Source: a virus
Lineage: Duplodnaviria; Caudoviricetes
Reading direction: 5' to 3' (one strand)
DNA: 64,000 bases
IMG/VR virus record: IMGVR_UViG_3300011217_000001
Coordinates: 32,001 to 96,000 of that record
Shown here: piece after piece, positions 40,869 to 50,624 of the stretch
Layout: each line of letters opens with the position of its first letter
Numbering within the stretch: position 1 is the stretch's first letter
The notes under the pieces: model-generated
Databases searched by the model: none
Seen by the model: only the letters and a program-made list of their open reading frames with translations
Told to the model about the DNA's origin: nothing
Position numbers and translations under genes: made by a program

Positions 40869-43805
40869 ATGGACACCTCACCCGTAAAGCAGGCAATTGA
40901 TCGCTTCTTCACCCGACTGGGTGTGCTGTTCCGTGCCAAGGCAACTCTGGTGGCCAAGGCCGACAACGCTCTGAAGTGGATGTCTCAGACCAAGGCGCAG
41001 GTCATCGCCAACGTCAAAGCTGGCAGCAGTGACCACATCTCTCAGCGCAGCAATCCTCACGTCGTAACGCCCTCGCAGATCAACGCGTACTCCAAGGCCG
41101 ACCTGGATACATTGCTGGCCGGCCGAGTTCCTGTGGGTATCCTTCCCATCAGTCGCTACGGCGCACTGAACTTCCTTCCGGTGGGCGTGTCTGGCAGCTA
41201 CGAAGGCGCCATCGCTCCAACCGACAATCTGCACGTCGCTCTGAACATCGAGGACGACGGCACGCTGGTCATGCTTCGCGCTGGCACCGATGGTGGCGTG
41301 AAGGGCATCTACTACTCCTACGTACTTGATCCGCTCAACCAGGCCGTGGCGCTGAACATCCGCGTTACTTCGCGGCGATACGCCCCCGCTTTCCTGAGCT
41401 CATCTGGTCACTACCCGGATATGCTGTTCCGTTCGACGCGTGATGTTGTCTTCGGTCGCAGTAGCAATGACGCCGGTCAGCTTGGCGTCTTCATCGCGCT
41501 GGCCGGGGGGACGTTCGACGATACTTCCCATACCGGCACTTTCATTCCGCTCAACTTGATCCCGGCTGAATGGATGGATGTCGACAGTGGCTACAATTGC
41601 AGCCGAGTTGACGTGGTCATGCACGCTGACCGCATCTACTTCCTGAACCCCCGTGGCAGTAATGCCAACGGCGCATCCATCTCGGTATACTCTATCGCGG
41701 CCTCGCAGGTGCGCGCAGGTAACATCACCGAGGTACGTAACGAGACGGGCTGGGAGGTCACTGATCTTTACGGACAGACGCGCACCAATCAGGACACCGT
41801 GCAGATGACTCAGGTTGGCACCAGCTCCAATGCAGCTACCCTTCCGCTGATTCAGTGGGAAACGCCGGATGGGGCCAACATCAGCATCACCATGATTCGC
41901 TCTCCCGCCAACCGAGCCGGTATCCACGGGACCATGGAAGATGGCATTTACCACGCCAACTTTGAAAACCAAATGCAGTTCAACTGGACGCCTCCGGGTC
42001 AGGCCTCTCGCGGCACCTGGAATGTTTGGGTATGGACGTTCAAGCTAGACTTCGTCAACAAAAAGGCGTGGCCGATCGAACAGCTGGGTACGGTCTCGCC
42101 GCCTACCGCTCCGATGAAGGTGGTTACTGACGGCATCAATCTCATCTACTCCGGCAAGCTGCAAGCACGGGTACGTAGTGAGGTGAGTGATCGCGGCACC
42201 GACTACCTCTACGTCAACGAACGTCAGCCCGACGGATCCATGGTTCCCTGCCAGCTCTCGTCTCGAATGAACTGGTGGGGTAGTTATAGCCATCAGCTGA
42301 TCCGTCGTAAGTTCGTGGGTACGACCAAGATCTCTAGCCTGATGAATCCGACGATTGACACTCCTCAGTCGTACGGCTCAAGCGTGTCGTTCTCTCCGCA
42401 ATTCGGTGGTGCATTCGGTCGTCGCTTCGGAGCACCCATCTTCCTTGGCAACAACAAGGTAATGACGCACTGCGAAGGTAACTCCGCAACGGGGCGATGG
42501 CAGGAACACATGGCCTATGGGGACGTTGGTTACGAGACCAGCTTCACCTACAAGTCGCTGGACTTCGGGACTCTGCAAGGCTCAATCCCCAGGGCGTATC
42601 GTCAGGAGCTCGGAGAGTTCAAGACAGGGGTATCTGAACTGACGTACATGATGATGACCGAGACCAAGTTGAGCAACCTCAACCAGTTCACGGTCGATCA
42701 GGTGACGTTGGTTCATGGTCAGCGTACGTTGATCTATCGCGGTATCAGTCCAGACCTCACCTACACGCACACCCTGGCAATTACTGCGGCGCTGTTTGAC
42801 TCGCTGCGCGATACCATGCGTCAGAAGGTCATCGCTGCCTTCAATCCGCCACTGACTGCCAACGAAGCGGACTTCACGGTAGAGTGGATGATTCCGCGTA
42901 CGGGTCCGTCAATGTTTGTGGCGACGTACCTGCAGGACAACGCTCGTCTCAGTACCGCCATGATCCTGGCAGAGCCGAACACCAAGTCTGGTACGATCAC
43001 CGGCATCACGTGGGACGATGCTTCGTTGATCAACGTAGCGTCTGATTCGAACGTAACGAGCATCGGCATGAACCTGTCCACGCAGCGACGAGCCGGCGCC
43101 ATGGCGATGATCGAATCTGACAACTACTGGTTCCTCAGTGGGCACGGCGGACGTCACATCCAGCGCTCTGGTAGCTCCGGTTATCCGACGTGGCGCTGGG
43201 CTCTGAACAAGGCGACGCGCAAGTTCGAGAAGGTAGGCGTCTCTGTCAGCGACGTCAGCAACGGGGTGTCCAAGCGAGTGTTCATTCCCGGCAAGGGCAT
43301 GTGCATCACGCGCTGTAACTCGGGTTACGATTCGTTCTCCAAGATCACCTACACGGTCGAGGGTGACACCGAGGCAGAGCTGTACAACCTGACCACCAAG
43401 TCGCCGACGAATCTGGTCCTGTTGTCCATGATGAAACCGGCGCAGTGGAACGTGTCCTTTACCGAGCCCACCGATGTGATCTTGGCTGGACGTAAATATG
43501 TGATTGAGCCGATCACGGTCTTCCTCAACGAACTGGTCGCTGATCCGGCGAACAAGACTTTCTATGTCTACGTACGACTGGTGGCTGGTAAGCTGGTGTA
43601 CGCTATCCAGCTCGATGAAGTTCCGGAGTCGGCCATGAACATGTTCATCGGTACGATCATCACCGGTGCAGCATCCATCTCCTCGCTGAACATCAACAAG
43701 GTGACGCGCCTGGGCAACTATCGCCCGTCCACCACTCCCATCGGTTCGGCAATCCCGGTCGCCTCTGGTGCACCTCAGGACATTGTTCCGCTGAACTGGA
43801 ACTGA
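40869..43805 (+). CDS. Tail fibre/baseplate protein (phiKZ gp131-family-like)
   Basis: ATG 40869 (MDTSPVK); NPH, GILPISRYG, GSYEGA, EDDGTLVMLRAGTDG; C-terminal PANKTFYVY...GSAIPV. Confidence 0.75.
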   Translation: MDTSPVKQAIDRFFTRLGVLFRAKATLVAKADNALKWMSQTKAQVIANVKAGSSDHISQRSNPHVVTPSQINAYSKADLDTLLAGRVPVGILPISRYGALNFLPVGVSGSYEGAIAPTDNLHVALNIEDDGTLVMLRAGTDGGVKGIYYSYVLDPLNQAVALNIRVTSRRYAPAFLSSSGHYPDMLFRSTRDVVFGRSSNDAGQLGVFIALAGGTFDDTSHTGTFIPLNLIPAEWMDVDSGYNCSRVDVVMHADRIYFLNPRGSNANGASISVYSIAASQVRAGNITEVRNETGWEVTDLYGQTRTNQDTVQMTQVGTSSNAATLPLIQWETPDGANISITMIRSPANRAGIHGTMEDGIYHANFENQMQFNWTPPGQASRGTWNVWVWTFKLDFVNKKAWPIEQLGTVSPPTAPMKVVTDGINLIYSGKLQARVRSEVSDRGTDYLYVNERQPDGSMVPCQLSSRMNWWGSYSHQLIRRKFVGTTKISSLMNPTIDTPQSYGSSVSFSPQFGGAFGRRFGAPIFLGNNKVMTHCEGNSATGRWQEHMAYGDVGYETSFTYKSLDFGTLQGSIPRAYRQELGEFKTGVSELTYMMMTETKLSNLNQFTVDQVTLVHGQRTLIYRGISPDLTYTHTLAITAALFDSLRDTMRQKVIAAFNPPLTANEADFTVEWMIPRTGPSMFVATYLQDNARLSTAMILAEPNTKSGTITGITWDDASLINVASDSNVTSIGMNLSTQRRAGAMAMIESDNYWFLSGHGGRHIQRSGSSGYPTWRWALNKATRKFEKVGVSVSDVSNGVSKRVFIPGKGMCITRCNSGYDSFSKITYTVEGDTEAELYNLTTKSPTNLVLLSMMKPAQWNVSFTEPTDVILAGRKYVIEPITVFLNELVADPANKTFYVYVRLVAGKLVYAIQLDEVPESAMNMFIGTIITGAASISSLNINKVTRLGNYRPSTTPIGSAIPVASGAPQDIVPLNWN

Positions 43806-43817
43806 CAGAAAGGGTGA

Positions 43818-46736
43818 ATGATGAGTATCAAGGGACTGGCGGCGATGAAGGCAAAGCTGGATGCCTTCCTCGCAAAGGCCATCGCAAAGTCGAAGGAAAA
43901 GCCCGTTGCGGCTACTACTTCCGACAACACGACCAATCTGGGTGGCAAGTCTTACTCGGATTGGTTTTGGGAGATCATCAATCGCATCCAAGCGCACGCT
44001 GCGCGCCGTGACAATCCCCACGGCGTCACTGCGGCGCAGGTGAACGTTTACGATCGGCCGACGACCCTGTCGGCTCTGGAGACGACGCTCCCCGCAGATG
44101 CTTGTCCGGTGATCTCCTATGGTCGACAGAACGAATACCCGATTGACATGTCGGGGGCGTTCGAGGCTGCCTTCCGCTATCAGGAGATGCGTTGGTCGGT
44201 TCTGAACGTGGAGCCGGATGGTTCGGTGGCTCTGATCCGCAATGGTACGGATGGTGGCAACACCGGCGCCTTCCTCTGCTACTCTGAGGACGCATCCACG
44301 GCATCCAAGCCGACGATGATCTACACCAACAACCGCTACAAGGCACCGTACTTCCCCGCTGGCAAAACCAGCGCATACGTGTTCCAGGGTGGCGCGGGTG
44401 TGATCGCTGGTAAGGTGCAGAACCTGACCACCGGCGAGTTCGGCGAGTGTTTCATCTCGCTGATGGATGGTTCGATCTTCGGAGCCAACCATCGCGGTAT
44501 CCTGATCGACCCGACCTGGTTTGCGGACTACCTGCATCGCGGCGAGTGCATCCTGACTCCAGACGGCGTCTACGTCGTCACTCAGTCGGACATTCGCGAC
44601 ACGGCTACGCAGAAGTTTGATCTGGCAGTGCACTTCTTCCCGATCAGTGCTTTCTCCGCAGCCAACCAAGCGCTGGTGGAGCCGATCCGCATCACCAACT
44701 GCGCCACCAAGGATCTGTACGGCGAAAAACCGCGTGCAGGCACTCCGGCCAACATCCATCGTTTGTCCGAGTGCGTGGTGTCGCGCCTGATGACTGACAA
44801 GCCGTTCATCCACGCACCGGGTTCTCGCGATACCCAGCGTCCGCTGGTCTCGGTCAATCATCGTCCGGGCATGTTCTCCATCTATGATCCGGCATCGGGT
44901 AGGGTGAAGGGTAGCTTCCGCGGCGTGCGTCGTACCAGCATCAGTGGTTACTCCGGCTACCTGACCCATCGCTTCAACTTCGAATACGAGATGGTGCTCA
45001 CTCCGACCACCTCCTACTTCGAAGTAACCACAGGCAAGGGTTCGCTGCCGGACAATCCGCCTGTTCGCCTGATCGTCAGTGACACCGCCGATACCGCAAC
45101 GGTAAGCGGCCCGTCCTACACGATCCCGGGTGGTGAGTATTACGGCTTCGGCGAGAGTGATCAGCAGGTATCATTGACCACGGCCGAAGACGGCACGGTG
45201 TACGTCTTCTCTGATGGCTACTACCAGTTCAGCCCGGGTCGCTTCAATCGTGGCAAGGCTGCCGCTGGCCCGAACAGTCCGAAGGTCAATGGTTATCTTC
45301 CGATGACCTGCGCGCGTAACCCGTGGGCTACCAACGACAACTCGTTCCCGCCTGCACCTTCGGCACTGGGTCAGTTCAACAGCTCACCTGTCCCGATCCC
45401 CTCGGGCTGGTTGGTCCACAGCTTCGGTCGTCGTGCGGATGGCCAGAGCACAGCAGCTCACGCCATCTTCTCCATCGGCACGCCCGGCTTCACCTACAAG
45501 TCACTGTACAACGGCAGCTATCAGGGCTGGGCTCCGAGCACACGCCGCCAGTTCGTTTCCGACACCCCGGGACATTATCAGGACACCACCTATCCTGCTT
45601 CCGTAGTGGCCACTGACGGCACGGTGACCACGAGCCTGGGCGTACTAGGGGACAACATCCGGATGAGCGGCATGATGCGTCTGGCGGCCAATGGAACGGC
45701 CTCCGTACCCATCAGCATCACCACCGCTGCACTGGAGAACCTGAGAGCGGCTGTGGTGGCTGCAATGGCACCCAATGTCGTGCGTTCGATGGCGTTGGAG
45801 ATCATCACCACCGAGATGGCGGATCTCCCCCCGATCCTCAATGTACCGGTCGTCTTCGAAGACGGCTCGACGCAGACGTGGGCGTGGACGTTGAACTCTG
45901 GACGTTCGGGTGCAATCACTCCGACGCTGAAGGATGCCATCGGTAGCGTACGCATGTCCGGCGGACCCAGTACGTACACCATCGGCGTACAGTCCATCGC
46001 CCAACGCTCGGCATACTTCCAGGCCTACCAGACTGCTGATGCGTACCTGATCGGTCTGCGCATGTGCAACAGTCACAACAACTCCGGCGCTGCAGCCATG
46101 TTCGACTCTCGCTTTGCGATCAGTCGTTCCACTGGCAAGGTAGTGGATGGAACCTACACGGTCATCCGTCGTTCCAACTCGGCACCCAACCTGCGTGGCG
46201 TGGTGGCTGTGGCTGGCATGGGTTTGTGTGAGATGATCGACACCAACACCGATGCCGACTTCGTGACCAAGGCTCTGATCGCTCCTGCGGCGACCACGGC
46301 TGAACACATGAAGAACTGGACCATCGACAACAACCGCGAGAACTGGCGTGTGTTGGCGAGCGCTCAGATGGCGTCGGCTTGGACGGTCTCGCTCAATCAG
46401 GTGGAGCCGTTGGTGCTCGGCGGACGTTATTATGAACTCCAGCCTGCAACGATCAACCTGGCCGACATCAAAGCCAACCCGGCCAACACGACGTTCTACG
46501 TCTACGCAGTAACCGTGCCCAGTCCCAGCTACCAGATCACCGAGACCAAGTATCCCGACAACATGCAGCGCATGTTCCTGGGTACGATCACCACCAATGC
46601 ATCCGCCGTTGAGCGCATGCAGGTGGGGAAGGTCGTCGGGTACGGTGCGGGACGTCTGTCCACGGTTCCGGCTGGCCAGTCCATCCCTGTCAGCGGCGGT
46701 CTGCCAAGCAGGCCCGGCTCTCTCATCTGGAAATAA
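43818..46736 (+). CDS. Tail fibre/baseplate protein, paralogue of the previous gene
   Basis: NPH, PVISYG, GAFEAA, EPDGSVALIRNGTDG; C-terminal PANTTFYVY...GQSIPV. Confidence 0.75.
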   Translation: MMSIKGLAAMKAKLDAFLAKAIAKSKEKPVAATTSDNTTNLGGKSYSDWFWEIINRIQAHAARRDNPHGVTAAQVNVYDRPTTLSALETTLPADACPVISYGRQNEYPIDMSGAFEAAFRYQEMRWSVLNVEPDGSVALIRNGTDGGNTGAFLCYSEDASTASKPTMIYTNNRYKAPYFPAGKTSAYVFQGGAGVIAGKVQNLTTGEFGECFISLMDGSIFGANHRGILIDPTWFADYLHRGECILTPDGVYVVTQSDIRDTATQKFDLAVHFFPISAFSAANQALVEPIRITNCATKDLYGEKPRAGTPANIHRLSECVVSRLMTDKPFIHAPGSRDTQRPLVSVNHRPGMFSIYDPASGRVKGSFRGVRRTSISGYSGYLTHRFNFEYEMVLTPTTSYFEVTTGKGSLPDNPPVRLIVSDTADTATVSGPSYTIPGGEYYGFGESDQQVSLTTAEDGTVYVFSDGYYQFSPGRFNRGKAAAGPNSPKVNGYLPMTCARNPWATNDNSFPPAPSALGQFNSSPVPIPSGWLVHSFGRRADGQSTAAHAIFSIGTPGFTYKSLYNGSYQGWAPSTRRQFVSDTPGHYQDTTYPASVVATDGTVTTSLGVLGDNIRMSGMMRLAANGTASVPISITTAALENLRAAVVAAMAPNVVRSMALEIITTEMADLPPILNVPVVFEDGSTQTWAWTLNSGRSGAITPTLKDAIGSVRMSGGPSTYTIGVQSIAQRSAYFQAYQTADAYLIGLRMCNSHNNSGAAAMFDSRFAISRSTGKVVDGTYTVIRRSNSAPNLRGVVAVAGMGLCEMIDTNTDADFVTKALIAPAATTAEHMKNWTIDNNRENWRVLASAQMASAWTVSLNQVEPLVLGGRYYELQPATINLADIKANPANTTFYVYAVTVPSPSYQITETKYPDNMQRMFLGTITTNASAVERMQVGKVVGYGAGRLSTVPAGQSIPVSGGLPSRPGSLIWK

Positions 46737-46745
46737 GAGGTAACC

Positions 46746-47186
46746 ATGAGCGACAATACCCCCGGTCTCATCGCGGCACTGAAGAAGTCGATCGAAGACT
46801 TCGTGGCCAAGATGACGGAAAAGCTGAAAGGCTACGCGAGCAAGCAGGAGCTCACCGAAGGCCTGAATGCGCGTCCGACCACCACGGCGATGACCCAGGC
46901 CATCAACTCGGCGGTGAGCAATCGTCCCACCACGACCGCCATGGCCCAGGCGATCTCCGATGCCGTTTCCGACCGCCCCACGACGAGCGCGATGAATCAG
47001 GCCATCGGCAATGCCGTCAACGATCGGCCGAGCAACACCTCGATGAATCAGGCCATCGCCGACAGCGTGAGCAATCGTCCGACTTCGGCACAGGTCAAGT
47101 CCTTCACGGTCAGCTCTGCTGCGCCGACGACGGCTGAGATCAACGCCCTGCCCGAAGGGGCGGTCTGGTTCCAGACGGGAACGTAA
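46746..47186 (+). CDS. Small fibre-like protein with 17-aa tandem repeats
   Basis: Repeats RPTTTAMxQAIxxAVSx; ends SAAP...EGAVWFQT. Confidence 0.75.
   Translation: MSDNTPGLIAALKKSIEDFVAKMTEKLKGYASKQELTEGLNARPTTTAMTQAINSAVSNRPTTTAMAQAISDAVSDRPTTSAMNQAIGNAVNDRPSNTSMNQAIADSVSNRPTSAQVKSFTVSSAAPTTAEINALPEGAVWFQTGT
46866..47095 (+). repeat. 51-bp tandem coding repeat, about 4.5 copies
   Basis: CG(T/C/G)CC...ATG...CAGGC(C/G)ATC units spaced 51 nt apart. Confidence 0.85.
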
Positions 47187-47189
47187 GCC

Positions 47190-47888
47190 ATGGCTGATGA
47201 AGAAGGTATCGTCGACATCAATCGCGGCATGTTCGTGGTCAACAACCTCCCCGTAGGTGGTTCCACGATCTACCGGGCGATCATGCGGATCAATCGACTG
47301 GAGCTGCACAGCGCGCCCCAGCCGGTGAACTTCCGTGCTCTGATCTACACGCTGGTGTTCTGGAAGAACCAGCCGGAGAAGGATCGCGACTACGCCAACG
47401 CCACGCCGTACCTGAACGGCATCAAGCTCGGTGTGCTCATCAAGGATGGCAACTACACCATCGAGCAGTTGGAGAAGATCGCCATCGACAACTTCCTGAA
47501 CTTCGTCGTTCCGGGCAAGCGGTCGATGGTCAGCGCCGATGAGATGGTCCGTCGGGTCAATGGCCACAAGGCACGCGTTACCACCTCCGTCAAGGACGAT
47601 GTGAAGGTGGGCGTGCGTGCAGTAACCCACAAGGCGATCTGGGAATCTCCCGAGCACAAGAACCTGGAGCTGGTCTACAACAAGATCAGCTACGAGGGTA
47701 TTGCCTACTGTCCGGATGGTTTCACGATCACCGGCGAGTGGGATCCGGAGAAGAACGGACCGCTGGAAGTTGAGGGCGACTACGCGGTAGGCGGCGATCT
47801 GATCACCGCTGCCTCCGACCACTTCCGCACCAACGGCTTCATCGCCCAGTGCGAAGGTAAGGAGGTAGACCATGGCGAGGAAGCGTGA
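47190..47888 (+). CDS. Hypothetical protein in the fibre operon
   Basis: 232 aa, tightly coupled to its neighbours. Confidence 0.72.
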   Translation: MADEEGIVDINRGMFVVNNLPVGGSTIYRAIMRINRLELHSAPQPVNFRALIYTLVFWKNQPEKDRDYANATPYLNGIKLGVLIKDGNYTIEQLEKIAIDNFLNFVVPGKRSMVSADEMVRRVNGHKARVTTSVKDDVKVGVRAVTHKAIWESPEHKNLELVYNKISYEGIAYCPDGFTITGEWDPEKNGPLEVEGDYAVGGDLITAASDHFRTNGFIAQCEGKEVDHGEEA

Positions 47889-48534
47889 GCTTCTGATCAA
47901 ACAGGGGACGGCGATGACAACCGTCGCCCCCTCGATCAAGTTGAACGGTGCCATGGTGAAGATCAAGAAGGGTTGGCAGAAGATCAATGGGGTCATGGTT
48001 CCGATCTTTGATGCCGACCCACTTGGTCCTGAGACCACGCCGCTGACCTTCCAGGCCTTCACCGGCAGGGATAGCGCAAGCGCTGGCGGCACACCCCGCA
48101 TTGGTTATCACGGCTTCCGACGCTACGCGGGAACTGTCAGGAATGATGATCCGATCGGATACCTGATCACCACCAACGCTTCCCGGGTACTGTCAGCTAC
48201 CATTGGACGTGTCCTTATTTCCACAGGTGGCGGGCAGGGGAGTAGTCAGTTCGATACTCTGACCATCATGCTCAACGACCGTACCGTCAACCCGGATGGT
48301 TCGACGACGGTGAACTGGGCGGTCAAACGACTCAGGGTCGTGTTCGAACGCAGCGGTGGCAACGATGTTCAACTTGAAATGTTCGAGATTGCTGAGAATG
48401 CGACCCGTGAGGTTGCAACCACCAATCCAAACGCCCCGCCGAAGATTGGTATACTGAACCTTCCGGTCCCTACCGAGTTCATGCCTTACGCTGCAGAGGG
48501 TAAGTTGACACTGGAACTCAACTACGAGCAATAA
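47872..48534 (+). CDS. Putative fibre-tip/adhesin protein
   Basis: N-terminal IKLNGAMVKIKKGWQKINGVMVPIF motif; start may be 47914. Confidence 0.62.
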   Translation: MARKRELLIKQGTAMTTVAPSIKLNGAMVKIKKGWQKINGVMVPIFDADPLGPETTPLTFQAFTGRDSASAGGTPRIGYHGFRRYAGTVRNDDPIGYLITTNASRVLSATIGRVLISTGGGQGSSQFDTLTIMLNDRTVNPDGSTTVNWAVKRLRVVFERSGGNDVQLEMFEIAENATREVATTNPNAPPKIGILNLPVPTEFMPYAAEGKLTLELNYEQ

Positions 48535-48535
48535 A

Positions 48536-48574
48536 CGGCATAAAGCCCCTCCCTTCGGGGAGGGGCGATATGAC
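48536..48574. terminator. Bidirectional hairpin of the GGCATA...TATG family
   Basis: CGGCATAAA-GCCCCTCCC-TTCG-GGGAGGGGC-GATATGAC. Confidence 0.82.
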
Positions 48575-48608
48575 CTGCTTCACTATCGCGCAGCCAGACT
48601 AGGGTGCG

Positions 48609-49085
48609 CTACATCGCGGGGGTGGGAGGAACTCCGGCGCCCGAGAATGCCTTGACAAGTTCAATCAGGAACTTAAACACCGCATCGATCAATCCCTGAT
48701 CCGGTGCAGTACCGTTCTTCACGGCAGCGGCGTTGACGGCCAAGATGACCAGGAACGCGATGACAACAGATGCCGTCAGGGCCAGCATCAGCATCAGCAG
48801 GCGCGGATTCTTCACCAGCGATTCGATCAGTCCGGCGTGCTTCTTCTTTGCCTTCTTGACCGGCTTGGTTTCCGGCTTGCGAATCTTCAACGACAGGGCC
48901 AGCAGCGTCTCCTGCTTTTCAGCAGGCAGCTTGCTGATCTCCGCCAACAGCTCAACGCCCGTGGTGGCCAGGGTGACCTCAGCCTCTTCCAGGAAATCGT
49001 TGGTGTAGTCGACAATGCGCTGACCCCAGGGGAAATCCGCCAGGGTCAGTTCACCGACGACCTTTACGGCGTCGCGCATTTTCAT
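48609..49085 (-). CDS. Membrane protein
   Basis: From MKMRDAV (GAGG SD); hydrophobic LLMLMLALTASVVIAFLVILAV plus an amphipathic C-terminal helix. Confidence 0.68.
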   Translation of the reverse strand: MKMRDAVKVVGELTLADFPWGQRIVDYTNDFLEEAEVTLATTGVELLAEISKLPAEKQETLLALSLKIRKPETKPVKKAKKKHAGLIESLVKNPRLLMLMLALTASVVIAFLVILAVNAAAVKNGTAPDQGLIDAVFKFLIELVKAFSGAGVPPTPAM

Positions 49086-49671
49086 TGGGTTTGACCTCTT
49101 TAGCGCAACCAAGCAGGTATGCGCAATGACAGTAGGCCACTGCGATCGCGTCCACTGAATGTTCGTCCAGTGAATCGTAATCGATGCCTTCGGCAAAAGT
49201 AAGATTGGGTACTTTGCAAACCAGACGCTTCATTGCGTCCTTATCGCTCTTACCAGTTCCGCCTACTGCCAACTTCACCGATGGAGGATCTACAGCGAGC
49301 AGCGGGATGTTTTCATCATACTGCCGCAGTGCGAAACGGAGAAGGTAAACACATTCGACCAGCGCATGGAAGACCGTGGCAAACTTGCGCATAAATGGTG
49401 ATTCGGAAATCACCGAGTTGGGTTCGAATGTGCGCAGGAGACGCGCAATCTCGTCCTCCAGCATCCGATGTCGAGGAACCCGACCCCCGTGCACTTCCTG
49501 CAGCACGGGGTATCGGACATCAGCATTGCTGGCATGGATCGTATCGACAAAGATCACCTCAACAGTAGAGGTTTCAAAGTCGATCTCCAAGACTGCCGTG
49601 CCCAGACAGTAGCCACCGGGGTCCACTCCGAACACCCGGTACTTTCTATCACGTTCCGGCATCACCAGCAT
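49051..49671 (-). CDS. ruvC: RuvC-like Holliday junction resolvase
   Basis: VFGVDPG, VISESPF, PPSVKLAVGG...DKDAM and DEHSVDAIAVAY. Confidence 0.88.
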   Translation of the reverse strand: MLVMPERDRKYRVFGVDPGGYCLGTAVLEIDFETSTVEVIFVDTIHASNADVRYPVLQEVHGGRVPRHRMLEDEIARLLRTFEPNSVISESPFMRKFATVFHALVECVYLLRFALRQYDENIPLLAVDPPSVKLAVGGTGKSDKDAMKRLVCKVPNLTFAEGIDYDSLDEHSVDAIAVAYCHCAYLLGCAKEVKPNENARRRKGRR

Positions 49672-49688
49672 AAGAACACCTCGCTGGA

Positions 49689-50549
49689 TCAGTTACCGGT
49701 GGTAACGGCCGACGGCTTGAACATCGGCTCGGTCGCGCCCAGGTTCACCTTCAGGTTGAAGCCCATATTGGTGAAGCCCACCGGGTAGTGACCGGTCATG
49801 TGGGCAGCGATCTGTGCAGCCACTGCTTCTTCGTACTGGATCGTGGTGTTGCCCGGGCCCGGACCGGTGACGATCTTGGTCGCAGCAGTCACCATGCCGA
49901 TCTCGGAGATCACCGCGTAGCGCTCGTCCTTGAACAGGATGCGCATGGCATTGACGAACTCGGCCACGTCGTTGGCGGTGAAGTCCAGCGGCAGGATCGC
50001 CGACACGGACAGGTAATCGCCGGAGGTGGTGACGGTGCCGGTGCTCGGGTATTCCGGAGCGGTCGGATTGAGGTTGCTGTTGTCCGGACGGAACGGCGTG
50101 GTGGTGACCTGGCCGTCCACTACCTTGTTGTAGTAGATGTCCGGCGACACCGAATCCATCGGGATCTTCTTCAGGTAGTAGGCCACATAGTTGCGGCCAT
50201 CCACCTGGATGATCTTGCGCATGCCATAGCGAGCGCGTGCAGCAGCGTCCAGGTCGTTGGTCAGCTCGCGCATGACGAACGGCAGGGGGCGGAACAGGCC
50301 AGCGTCGGTGGGACGATGGTCGATCGGACTGGTCAGCGGGAAGCCGTCAGCGCCGGTTTCGTTGCGGTGACCACCTTGACCGATGGTGTAGTAGCCCATG
50401 TACGGGATCTTGCCAGCTTCGGGCAGGACGTTGGCCTGGACTTCGTACTTCTCGTTGAGCGTGCTGTTGGGCAGCGCCTTGTAGGGCTTGCCGATCAGCA
50501 GCTCGGTCTGACGCAGGCAGCCGTAGCCAGTACGGGTAATGATTTTCAC
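49689..50549 (-). CDS. Virion structural protein (phiKZ-like conserved)
   Basis: NSTLNEK, YYTIGQGGH, H-x-PTDAGLF-x-PLPFVMR and YVAYYLK; GTG start. Confidence 0.68.
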   Translation of the reverse strand: MKIITRTGYGCLRQTELLIGKPYKALPNSTLNEKYEVQANVLPEAGKIPYMGYYTIGQGGHRNETGADGFPLTSPIDHRPTDAGLFRPLPFVMRELTNDLDAAARARYGMRKIIQVDGRNYVAYYLKKIPMDSVSPDIYYNKVVDGQVTTTPFRPDNSNLNPTAPEYPSTGTVTTSGDYLSVSAILPLDFTANDVAEFVNAMRILFKDERYAVISEIGMVTAATKIVTGPGPGNTTIQYEEAVAAQIAAHMTGHYPVGFTNMGFNLKVNLGATEPMFKPSAVTTGN

Positions 50550-50624
50550 GTGGGAATACCTTTGTTCGTTTTGACGTAAGACGCGCTATACGATAGCGTG
50601 CTGGAGGTAATTCTCTACACGGGC

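Noticed and set aside
35080-47095. CRISPR-like periodic repeats
   Set aside because: The repeats are in-frame, degenerate at third codon positions and encode protein repeats; there are no identical repeats with unique spacers
30435-49085. Calling the membrane proteins at 30435 and 48609 holin or spanin
   Set aside because: Only hydrophobic segments support this; no adjacent endolysin or lipobox partner was found
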